In this document: piece after piece, positions 13,154-24,500 of the stretch
Position numbering within the stretch: the stretch's first letter is position 1
How the letters are laid out: each line of letters opens with the position of its first letter
NCBI RefSeq assembly: GCF_000485595.1
Contig: NW_014577061.1
Location: 326,488-384,829 of the forward strand
Reading direction: 5' to 3'
DNA from: Priapulus caudatus
Taxonomy: Eukaryota
Length of the DNA: 58,342 nucleotides
Program-made: the position numbers and the translations under genes
Notes under the pieces: model-generated
What the model was told of the DNA's origin: nothing
Seen by the model: the letters and a program-made list of their open reading frames with translations, nothing else
Databases searched by the model: none

Positions 13154-16100
13154 CTGGAAGAGCCATACGGTAAGACCGGTGCAGTATGAGAAGTTGAACA
13201 CCTACGATTGTTACGTGATACAGTTGTTCTCAAACTCAAAACTTCGCAAAGCAGCCGTAGATAAATCTATTCGAGAAAAAATGTACGGTAAATAAAATAG
13301 GCGTAGGATAATATTATTGTAAGTCGATCGCCTTTGCATATTAACACACTATATTTGCAAGATATCGAGAGCAGAGAAAAGGGGGAAACTAACCAGATAT
13401 CTGTTCGTAGTCCTCATACTCGATGATGCCAACGTGAGGATTTCTGGTGGTGAATGGGTAAGCAGCCACCCTGGGTCTTGCTCTAGAGATGGCTCTTAGA
13501 AGTGTTGACTTGCCAGCATTTGGGAAACCAACCTGGTTATGAGAGTATATATCACTTAATCTGTTAGCATTAGTCTACAACCCAACATAGCAGATAAATA
13601 TTGATGCTATACATAACTAGAAAGGGCAGTTGTCGCCAACTACATGTATCCCCCGTGATCTAGTATGAATGAAATAATTCTGTAAGGACGTAGAAGGTAG
13701 GTAAAGTTAAATAAGTCACAAAGACAAAGGTTTGTTACACAACTCATCTGCCTGAGATGTGCAAGTATGTTAAAATTGGTTGCCTTAGGGGTTTTGGTAC
13801 GCGACACACCTTCTCCCCAAGATGTGTAAGTATACAAAGTTTGCTCGCGCTAGGTCAATTAGGGGCCGAGTTATAGAGCAAAAGGGAAATATGATGAAGG
13901 TCAAGGTCAAGGTCAATGTCAAATAAAGGTTGCAGTGACCTGGTTTTGGTACGCGACACACCTTCTCCCCAAGATGTGTAAGTATACCAAGTTTGGTAGC
14001 GCTAGGTCAATTAGGGGCAGAGTTATAGAGCGGAAGGGAAATATGGTCAAGGTCAAGGTAAAGGTCAAATAAAGGTCGTAGGGACCTGGTTTTGGTATGC
14101 TGCGCACCTTCTCCCCAAGATGTGTAAGTAGACTATGTTTGGTCACGCTAGGTCAATTAGGGTTCGAGTTATAGAGCGGAAGGAAAAGTGTCTGCGGCGG
14201 CGCCGAGCGGCGGCTGGACAGACATGAAACCATAGTATCCCCGCCGACTTCGTCGAGGGGGATACAATTAATACAGTACCATCCATTATTGGTTTATATA
14301 ATTTCGTGCTTTACTATTGAGATTTTTATAGATTATTATATATTATCGATAATATATTATTTTTGATTTTTACAGGTTAACCCATACATCATATGCCTGT
14401 AACTTATCCATAATATACAATTATCTATCATAGATATTTTATACACATTTTAATGATTTATATGAGGTGTCACTACACTATGACACATCCATATTGTAGC
14501 ACCCAATATCAAGTGTTCCATGTCAGTAATTGACGTGCACCATGCATAGATTTGTGTCACACATCCAGCACTTACCAGCCCCGCATGTGCAATTGTCCTC
14601 AGTTCTACATGGAGTAGCTTCTTCTCACCGATGGCTCCCTCTTCAGCAATGTACGGTGCTCTGTTCTCGTTTGAGGCAAAGTAGTGGTTGCCTTTCCCAC
14701 CAGCACCACCTCTCGTTGCCACAAAAACGTCTTCCTTCTTCTTCAAATCACATACCATGGAACCTCCCTCGTCGAAGAACACTGTTCCCATTGGAACCTG
14801 AATGAGCATATGATGATACGACACAAAATTCATTTGAGTTAAGCAATATTGTATATTCGGACTTCACACTTTGGAATTATTAAAATGATTAAATATCTAT
14901 TCAGGATTTTGATTTTGCTAGTTATAGAGTGACTGTTTCTAAAATTGCTCACGTGTCTGTGTGAAAAAAAAACATGCAGACACTAACTAAAATTATCCAT
15001 ATATGCAGCTGGTTGACCTAAGGAAGGATTGTGAACAGGTAATAAATACGACCTTGGTTAATTTGGTCCCCTGCTATATACGCCAACTCTATTGCGTAGA
15101 ATTGGATGAATTGTGTAATATATGTTGTGCAGAGCCTAATATATAGTCAGTGCACAGCTGCTATTTATGTGTTGTAAATGGCCAAGTTAATAATATTTCA
15201 GTAACTCAACACTTGACTTTCATATGTGATTGCTCGAACAGAAATATTTGCATATTTCTATCATGGTCAGGAGTTCAGTATGTGCATAATATGATAATAT
15301 TACACTGCGAAAATAAAATATAGGCCTGAATTTTCTGTATAGACCGGATATTAATATGCACATGTATGTGCACTGGCAGTCATGTACACGCAAGAATGTA
15401 CACGCAAGCATACACACTCACAGTGACACGTATACGCAAACACACACACATGCACGCACGCACGCACGAACGCACGCACGCACACAAACATATATATATG
15501 TATATATAGTGACAACACAAAGGAAAACCGTGCACTTATATATGCCTTCCTTCACAGCATGGCACAACGCCTGTTTACCACTCTGCAAGCTCTTAATTAC
15601 ACTCGTCCTTGCAAGCCTTGTTTGCTCGCATCACAATACTAATCAGCTAGCTGCAGTGGCTGAGCAGCTAGGGTATAGGTAGAGCACATAATTACATTAA
15701 TAAATAATAAATAAGATAATGCACATGTGCCATTGAGGGGGTGCATGCATGGCACCACGGTTCGCCCCAGTAGGAAAAATCTGCGCTGCATCCCGTGTGC
15801 CACTTTGTAGGTAGAAAGCTAATTAGGAAGCAACATTTTGTCGTTTAAAATGTAAATTAACCTGACGAGAACAACGGCTTCCCTCGACTTTGATTCTCCC
15901 TAACCGTTATGAGACTGTCATCACATCACGTGGAGGTAATTGCTTTGCAAACATTTATTTAAATGTGAAACAATCGTGGTAGCTTCAGGCAGAAATTACG
16001 AATACGGGTCTTACCAAAATGGTATACCTATTGATGTAAGATCTGGAAAATCAGTGTCTCAAGGCTTTCAAAATACATATAAACTGTGACACATTCATTT

Positions 16101-17725
16101 GCAGCAAATGCCACAGCTAATTTCTCACTGAATAGTATGAAGCCTTGGTGTAAAGACGTTGTTTTTATGAGTGAGGGGACTAAAGCTAGACGGGGTTATA
16201 TTATTGTCCAGATAATCATGCCTAGAGACCCTTTATATGAATCTATATTAGGTCGACTATAACCAGACCAAGAGCTGCCTACTAGCGCCACCTATTGCAA
16301 AGTATATTGTATAAAGCAGAGGCGGGCGTATTATACATAATCATGAGGAATTGAAATGGGTGTAACAGGTTTCTGCATTTTCAGACGGATGATAGGCCAG
16401 ACAGATCGTTAGTTCATCACTCAAATTAAAACAGACGGAGCACACATCTTTGCTACTCCTACTAGTATTGTCACATGGTCACAGTGATGTTTATTGGTTT
16501 GTTTCTGGCTAAAAATTCGAGCCAAATTTTTAGCCATGTTGTTGATAAACGACATTCAAGTCTGGGTTGCAAGGTAACCAGCAGTGAAATTTCACAAACC
16601 AATATGAATCTGGCAATGTGGTCACGTGCTTAAGAATGATGCAAACTGCCAGTTATTCTATTCATCGTTAACAGTGTAGATTAGATAGACATATTACCAA
16701 GAGTTAATAAAACAAACCAATAGCTGTATTATTAGCTCTTGATATTACGACTTTGAAATATTTGAACATTTGAGTATTGAATATATATTTGAATATTATA
16801 ATATATAGTTAAATTTTGAATATTTGAACAGCAGTTGAAATATGTCCATTCCCTTTTACCTTGATAATTAGATGTTCTGCATTCCCACCATTACAGTCTT
16901 TGTTTGATCCTTTCATGCCATTAGCAGCCTTGTACATAGGTTTCAGGTGTTCCAGTGACATCATGTTTGCATCCACTAGCAAATGAAAAAATTCAATTTA
17001 TTACTCTTGAAAGTATCTTGACCAACTGTAAAAACAGTTACCATAGCAATTTCTCAGTAATGTTTTTACAATCTTCACATATAAAAAAATGTTTATTTTT
17101 CAGCATATAACACCTTAATTGGATTAATATCATTAAAGAAAAGAAGAAAAAACATACAGGGGTGGCATGGGAGCATTCAATGCAAGTACTATTTGCTGAA
17201 ACATAATATTATATATAATGAGTGTAACACTGTCAATAGAGTCTGTGGGTACCTTTAAAGATCACATGGCCTCCATTACCCCCATCCCCACCATCAGGTC
17301 CAGCCCAAGCATTGCAAAACACTCGCAAGAAAGATATGTTGCCATCTCCACCATCTCCAGCCTGCATGAGAACCCTTCTGTAATCCACAAAAGGCCTAGC
17401 CTGAAAGGAGACATAACAGAAATAATTTTGTGAAAACTAAACACTGGATTCAATGGAGATGTTATCTAGAGACAGCTTTACATGGAACCTAATAGGATAC
17501 TTATGCCAAAATACACATACAGATGATGCAATTATTTGCAAATGGTTAGATATACTATTGGCATCTCAACTACTTGCATCCAAATTGTCCTACCGTATCC
17601 CTCGAAGAACGAGGCTTCTTCCAGCGCTTAGGTTTGACGGCCGTGCTTTCCCTACGGAATTGTGCAGTTGTTCTACCAATCAGCTCTACAAGATGTCTAC
17701 CCACAACTTTTTCTGTCAGAAACAT
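12732..17725 (-). CDS. MTG2: Mitochondrial ribosome-associated GTPase 2 (Obg family, GTPBP5/ObgH1), complete spliced CDS of 6 exons, 392 aa
   Basis: Exons 17725-17594, 17400-17253, 16975-16860, 14797-14576, 13532-13394, 13153-12732 join in frame (1179 nt) with GT-AG introns. Protein has the glycine-rich Obg fold ([25 protein letters not shown]), G1 GFPNAGKS, G2 YPFTT, G3 DIPG, G4 NKVD and G5 SAK, plus a basic N-terminus consistent with a mitochondrial presequence. Confidence 0.95.
13394..13532 (-). CDS. MTG2: MTG2 coding exon 5 ([12 protein letters not shown]...YPFTT...YEQIS)
   Basis: accag acceptor, GTTAGT donor, 139 nt, P-loop and G2 motif. Confidence 0.95.
13615..14270 (-). mobile_element. 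Helentron-type element (HINE) with ~3 internal ~146-bp tandem units, in an MTG2 intron
   Basis: Subterminal IR GTATCCCCC/GGGGGATAC, 5' hairpin and 3' hairpin GTTGGCGACAAC followed by TTTCTAGTT; same family as 28335-29345. Confidence 0.8.
14576..14797 (-). CDS. MTG2: MTG2 coding exon 4 (VPMGTV...[12 protein letters not shown]...[10 protein letters not shown])
   Basis: ttcag acceptor, GTAAGT donor, 222 nt, Obg motif GGxGGxGN. Confidence 0.94.
16860..16975 (-). CDS. MTG2: MTG2 coding exon 3 ([19 protein letters not shown]...HLIIK)
   Basis: ttgctag acceptor, GTAAAA donor, 116 nt; phase matches both neighbours. Confidence 0.92.
17253..17400 (-). CDS. MTG2: MTG2 coding exon 2 ([10 protein letters not shown]...[10 protein letters not shown])
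   Basis: tttcag acceptor, GTACCC donor, 148 nt, Obg-fold glycine motifs. Confidence 0.93.
17594..17725 (-). CDS. MTG2: MTG2 coding exon 1 ([12 protein letters not shown]...[14 protein letters not shown])
   Basis: ATG directly after ttgcag; 132 nt open frame ending at donor GTAGGA, phase 0 into the next exon. The N-terminus is poorly conserved, so the start is inferred. Confidence 0.75.
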
Positions 17726-19899
17726 CTGCAAATCATCCGAAAAATCAGCAATAGCCTGTGTGAGAGCTTTCTAACACAAAACTAAAACTGGCAACTTATT
17801 TTAAAATAAATGTTAAAAAAACTTATCTTACTATAAAAATCTATCTTACTGATAAAGCATTCATGCAGTACTGAACATATATTGATTTCTTCTATAACAA
17901 ATATTCCATCAGGATTATTTATCTGACAGTGTTACTGGATGTATTATACTGTGTATTTTTGTATCACACTGTATTGTATTTTACTGTATTATAATGTTGC
18001 AGTATAAACAAGTTTCAATTTTCAGCTATAGATGCATATATATATACCTACTGTGAGCTCGCCTATGTTGCAAAAATTCACTACAACTTATTTGTATTGC
18101 TACTTTCACAACATTTCTTCATAAAATCTAAATGAAAGTTACGAAAGTAGCACCACAGGTTGTTTACAGTGTTTACACATCCGGTACACAGCCGAGCAAA
18201 CGTTAATTGTGCTTAACAGTTCTTTTCTGTGATAACACATGTTATAATACATTGTTCGATGTTTACTCAGTACAAAATTGTGAAATTTGTTTAAATCACA
18301 TGTTATCTACATTACATATATGCAATCAGGAAACAAATATAGTATTTTCGTTCCAGGAACTATTTGCGCTAGCGTAGGGTTACTATTTAGTGTTCTCGAT
18401 CTCTGACACTTCGCTCTACATAATTTATTTGTATTTTCGCCAAAACCGCGTCTGACAGGGTAATTTAAAACAGTCATCTTCAGAGCACATTTCTGGCTCA
18501 ATGAGAACATTTTGTGATATTTGTATACTGTAAGTATGCTCACAGTAGGTATAACTGCATATATAGGGTTTTTGTTGCGAGGTTTATCCACTTTAACTAT
18601 AGAGAGCTAGATAAATTTGACACATAAAAAATGGCGTAAGCAGTGATCAGTCTCGATCAGAGGTTTGAGCACAACAATTTCTTTTATCAAATATTAGGGA
18701 ATACCTTTTTTAACGTGACTATGAGTATGATAAATCCTGTTAAAATTAATATAGGTTCTGTATGCAGAAAGTGTAGGCTAAGGCCTATATATAAAAAGAG
18801 GACAACAATCTCAGAACCACCATGACAGTTTGCAAACACCCATGTGGAAGCTTTATGCCCTGAAGTATCTAATTTAGGGCAGTTCTGAAGCGGCCAGGGA
18901 CAGGTTTTAAAATCCAGAAAACTAAGATTATGGCATAACATACCAAAAGATCAAACGTTTTTTTGTACAAATATAATGAATGTGTGCATTTCACTGCGGG
19001 TTACTAAAAACAATGACAACAAATTATTTATACGTAAGCGTAAGAAATATATATTCATGTTTTGTTATAAACTGAAAGTATAGATGTAAGTAAAAGTCCA
19101 AGGCGATTTTGAGAGGGCTAACTCTGACATGGGCACCGGTTAACTCGACCAACCCTCAAATTCCTCTCACATTGTGGCGAGTTTACCTGCCTGGAGGTCG
19201 TCTAGCCAGCTGGAGGTGGACCCTCTGGCATAGCTATGGAGTATGGTACTATAGAGGGTTCCGCGACTTGCACTAAAAATAGCAATATTACCTACAATCC
19301 CGTGCCGCAGGCCATACTGGTTCCCAGAATTGCGAACACATGTTACCGATATGCGCAATCTACCGATTTTACATCGATAGATTGTACAAACGATAGTGTT
19401 ATTATAGTAATCTATATTAGCAGTAAGTGGATCCCGGTTTTGCAGACAGGTTTACCAGCGCGTTTTTGGGTGCTAGAGTTCGATATGATCAAGAGTAGAT
19501 AATAGGGAAGGAGTGTGACATCAATAAACAAGGGAAATTTGTCATTTACTAGCCTTAAAATACCTATGATTTACTACGCGTAACTCATCCAACTTGAGCT
19601 CAAATCGTACACAGTACATTCGCCTAGCATCGTGCGAAATCGTTTCCTCGTATACACAAGCAATCCGGAGATACAGACTAAAACGTACGACACGATTATC
19701 CATTCTTTAGCCATCAATCCGAGCCGATTGCCCGCCTATATTCAAACAAAATGGAACTGGCAACAAGAGTACACGATCTCTAAATAATTGTGAACACTCA
19801 GTCTCAGATGCTTCAAAGATGTGTCAACTTTGTGTAATGCTGAATGCCTCACTAGTGAATAAAGTTTCAACTTCCTATACAAATTCTGGACCCTCGCCA

Positions 19900-21013
19900 A
19901 CATGCAGCTAGGGCCTGCATACCTCCCAAAGTGACGCGTCGTCAATTGACCAATCGGAGCGCTCACAGCTCAGGCACTAAAGCTGATAAATATAAAGCTA
20001 AAACCTAACCCTAACCCTTACCAGTAACGCTCATAGGGTCCATGTCCCCCAGGGTACTGCCGGAACGTACCCTGGGTACGGTCCGGTATACCGGAACATA
20101 CCCTGGTCACTATTTGATATGGTTAGGGTTAGGGTTAGAGTTAGGGTTAGGGTTAGGGAGTAGGCGTAGGCGACTCCCCAGACTCGTTAGTGGAGTAGGC
20201 GAGGTACGGTCCGGCATATTAGATAGTACCAGGGTACCTTCCGGCAGTACCCCGGGGGACATAGACCCTCTCAGCCAAAGGCAAAGCANNNNNNNNNNNN
20301 NNNNNNNNNNNNNNNNNNNNNNNNNNNNNNNNNNNNNNNNNNNNNNNNNNNNNNNNGCTCCCGTGTATTTTTTTCGCTGCATACAGCAACATGTAAACCC
20401 GGCCTCCGTGATTTTGTCAGCATTAGGAATAATTTGTGACCTCGTCGATTTCGCCAAAGCATAATCTTGACTTTTGTTTGGGAAACACCTTTACGATAAT
20501 TAGACACAATTTCTGGCTTCTGAGACATTATTAGAATCAGTGCATCAAAATTATGAAAATTTTAACAAAATCATGCTATGAAAAAGTAGCTCTGGCCAAG
20601 CTCAAAATAGCTCCCGTAAACAAAATTACGAGAGCTCTTTTTTTCATACAAAATCAAAAAAGAGCTCTCGTAATAAAAAAAGTATTTTTTAGGCTGGTTA
20701 GTGGAGTAGGCGAGGTACGGTCCGGCATATTAGATAGTACCAGGGTACGTTCCGGTATACCGGACCGTACCCAGGGTACATTCCGGCAGTGTACCCCGGG
20801 GGACATAGACCCTCTCAGCACTAGTAACCATCCACCCACGATAGCCAGCTTAAATAATGCAACCACAAAACATCGCATCAGCTTTAGTGCCTGAGCTGCG
20901 AGCGCTCCGATTGGTCGGTCGACGGTGCGTCACTTTGAGAACAGCTGCAAGCGCTCCGATTGGTCGGTCGACGACGCGTCACTTTAGGAGGTATGCAGGC
21001 CCTAGCTGCGAGT
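19900..21013. mobile_element. MITE family A (TIR ACTCGCAGCTAGGGCCTGCATACCTCC) with a CCCTAA tract, hosting a nested MITE
   Basis: ~85-bp inverted arms at 19900-19987 and ~20876-21013; decayed 9-bp TSD CCCTCGCCA/CCCAAGCCA. Confidence 0.75.
20029..20819. mobile_element. MITE family B (GCTCATAGGG...CCCTCTCAGC) containing (TTAGGG)n, with a duplicated right end around a gap
   Basis: TSD ACCAGTAAC/ACTAGTAAC (20020-28, 20820-28); right termini at both 20276 and 20819; another copy at 53199-53441. Confidence 0.8.
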
Positions 21014-21220
21014 CCCAAGCCATGGCATGGCCATGCATGGGGCATGAATAATCTAAATTCTAACTCTAGTACTAGTAGTAGTACTACTACTACTAGTAGT
21101 AGTACTACTAGTACTATAACAAAGTTAAGGCCCTATTCTGAATAGTGAATACAGAATGTTGAAGGCAAAGTGTTTAGGCTAAAGTAGGATTGCTTTATAC
21201 ATAAATAGATTATCCCAAAC

Positions 21221-21433
21221 ACTTACCACTGAGTCTAATTTTATAATATAAGGCCACAAGAATTGTATAGGAATGCTGGATGCATATGTGTATTAACGCA
21301 GAGAAACGGCGAGAACTTCCATGGGCGCAGACATCTTGGGATATCCACTCTCAACCTAAAGATTTTTGAATGGCTGTAATAATACGCGTACATGTGTGGG
21401 CGTAAAACAAGAGAGCGTTGCTGTGTACCAAAC
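21221..21433. promoter_or_regulatory. Putative bidirectional promoter and MTG2 non-coding first exon
   Basis: The genes are divergent. A consensus minus-strand donor (G|GTAAGT, 21226-21221) lies about 210 bp from the PEDS1 ATG, and the MTG2 ATG is preceded by an acceptor-like ttgcag. Confidence 0.5.
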
Positions 21434-21581
21434 ATGGAGATTGAGAAGTCTGTGTTTGAGAACTCTATGCCAGAAGAAGATCAAAATGGCAACGATAGTC
21501 CGTTAAATGAGGGCGAAGCAAAGCGTTTGTGGGGACCACGGCACGCGGGAGCCAGGGAACTTAAAGAAAAATATACGAAAG
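21434..21581 (+). CDS. PEDS1: PEDS1 exon 1 ([10 protein letters not shown]...[17 protein letters not shown])
   Basis: aacATGg start context; conserved WGP.HAGAREL motif; GTAGGT donor, phase 1. Confidence 0.9.
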
Positions 21582-24500
21582 GTAGGTCATCGTACGAAAA
21601 AAGGATATGTATTTCCAAACTGAAATCTGTGTTCGATCACCGTGAACTCGCGAAAGAACACACCCAATCCATCATTGCATGTCTGTTTACAACAACAATA
21701 CGATATAATAATACAGGTTAGTTATGTAAGAAAACGAAGTTGGGGTGTTTTCCTACTTGTACGGTAATTTTTTTTACATCAATCGATATAAGTAGGTCTA
21801 TATTCGTACATGTAAATTGTAATAACTAATATCATAAATACCTATTAGTACTATTACTAGTATTAGTATTAGTACTATTACCAGGGGCAGGGGTAGAAAT
21901 TAACTTTTGAACACGGGAGTCCAACCGGCCTACCCTCAAAAAGAGGGAGTCCGCAGCAAAATGAGGGAGTCCGCAGTCTGAGGTTCAAAATGAAAGATAT
22001 TAACAATAACGCATGTGCTTATTAATTAGCTCACCTTGACATCGTCAAGCTGAGCTATTGCCATGGGTCGTCGTCCGTCCCTCCGTCAGTCCGTCAACAT
22101 TTGGCTACGGTCTATGATAACTCAGGAACCGTTTGACCCACATGTTTGAAATTGGGTATAGTTGTTACTGCTATGCTCCCATATTAAACGTCCTATTTTG
22201 GAGCATGCCAGTCGACGTGCTTTCGAGCCACGGCAATTTTTTTGGCAAAAATGGGAATTGCCATTAGTCAGTTCAGGTTCAAAGGATTTTGCTCATTTTT
22301 GGTATGTGAATGAATAAGGGCTAGGGGGTTTTGATATTTAAAAAAAATTATTTAAATTAGGTAGGGTTTGGCAATTATATAGCATATTATATAGACATGC
22401 AGATAACAAACAGTCTGTGGTGTCACACTCGTCTGGTTCGTTTTACAAGATTTCATTGACAATGTCTTTAATGAAAAATTCTTGCTATGAGCATATTATG
22501 ATTTATACTATTATTATTATATTATTATTATTATGATATAATGATTTATGCTAAGAAACATCAAAGCGGTTATAGCCCATCTTTAACCCTTCACACAATT
22601 GTGATTCATTGTTGGTTTATAAATTATTTATAATTTATTAATAATATTATTTATTATTTGCACATAAAAATTACAATATAAATTATCAAGAATTATAATG
22701 GCGGAATTCTTCCATATATACCTCTTCGTTTCTTTATAATGTACATCGGTATGGTTGCTTAATTAAAGCGAGAGTTTACTCTTAGGTTCTAGGGTTATTT
22801 CAGCCCCTAATTTTAGGTTTTTATTAATTATGCTAACAAAAAAAGTTCATGGTTCAATCACATTAGAAATATTTCTTTTTAAATGTTTAAACTAACGACT
22901 ACAGTTGATTACTAACGACGTGGCTGCACTCAAAGCCTCACGAATCTGATAAGTGGCGCAAAACCACTTTTCCACCCAAGAGCTACATACCGAGGTGGGG
23001 TTTCTTATTTAATTCATTTAAAAGCAAAAGGATTGTAATGATCTTTATGAAAACGACATAATAGTTTTAGTTTATAATATGGATAAAATTTGCCTAAAAA
23101 TGATTCGTTTGCCCCTTACGATTATGAAATAAGGATTGTAGTATAATATAATTGCAACTTTGCTTGGCATTAGCCCTCGGTCTGTAACGTGCAAATAATT
23201 TGTCAAAATACGAACTTTTTCGGTAGTGGCATGCACAGGTTGTTCTGCGTAACGTGAGTCCATCATGGCGTCTCTGTTCAATTTATTCTGTGAAGCAGTG
23301 TATGTGTAACTAATGGTTTTTATAACGAATAGTTTAATTGGGATACCTTCTGGTAACAAATACAGTGGGTATTAGATGTCTATAGACGATTTGTTATACA
23401 GTAAGTACAGTTGTGTATGCCAGTAAAAATCCTAGAGGCTACGTGTCCCTTTAAATTACTGCGTTCTTCTCAATCACTATTTGCTGTCCTTTTTTTGTGG
23501 TGAGCTACAGTGTCATTGACACTTTCATTTTTAAGATGCATGCGGTTGCACGTCTGCCAAATTTTCTTTGCACATTAGCTGAAAAAATACGGTAATTCCA
23601 TGAGGCCTAGTTAATCAACGAACTAGTTAGTATGGCAGAATTTTCAAGGAGTCACACGGACTTCTGCATATGTCAAATCAGGGAGTCCAACAGTAAATCA
23701 GGGAGTATTTGACTCCGGACTCCCGTTAATTTCGCACCCTGTATTACTATATCAGTATATCCAAGAGTAAGATAATAACCCAATGGGTTGTTTAAGCACC
23801 CTAGATAATCATGGTGATAGATACAGTTTAGGAAAACTCAAAGCGTGCATAGTCAATTCGCTCACTTCAATGCATTTACCAAGCAAACATTACCTATTAC
23901 CTATGCAGCCTAGTTGCATGCCAACAAATGGGTTATTATCTTTCTCTTGCTATATCTTGATCGTCGTAATGAAATCATTCAATTTAGGAACTCGGTATTT
24001 TGATATTATTGGATAAGGCTGATGACTGATATGACGATAATGATTGATATTGTTTGATAAAAAAACTTGCAACCCATTTCAAGCAGTCTTCAAGCTTTAT
24101 TGGTACCTTCCAGATATATGCTGGTCTTTATACTGGCAGTTAGTTGCGTCTGAATCGACCAAATTGGTGTGTGGTTTCCTGTGTGATGTGACTGCAGGGC
24201 GAAAACGTAAATATATGTAAAATTAAAAGTTCATTACGAAGTCAGTGCGTCCCTGGGGAGCATGTGGGGATGAACAAAGTTAGTGCACATTAAAATGCCT
24301 CCATTGGATACTCTACAGTCCCCTTATCATGGCAGTAAGGCTGCATAGTATGAGTTGGGCCACCGACAGGGACAGTCCTGAATTCACTAAACCGAGACAG
24401 ACTGCAGGGTTTCTTATACATAAGATGCACAGTGGCATACCGCCATTGTCAAATTTAACATCGCCATTGTAAAAATGGTTTCAGGGTGCCTCAAATGCAC

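Noticed and set aside
13154..13166. MALP start suggested by the ORF track for a 144-aa protein
   Set aside because: Intronic; the real exon begins at 13153 after a CAG acceptor.
20120..20160. Telomere or chromosome end
   Set aside because: Short TTAGGG tracts (also at 24841, 48901 and 53361) are internal to TIR/TSD-bounded MITEs.
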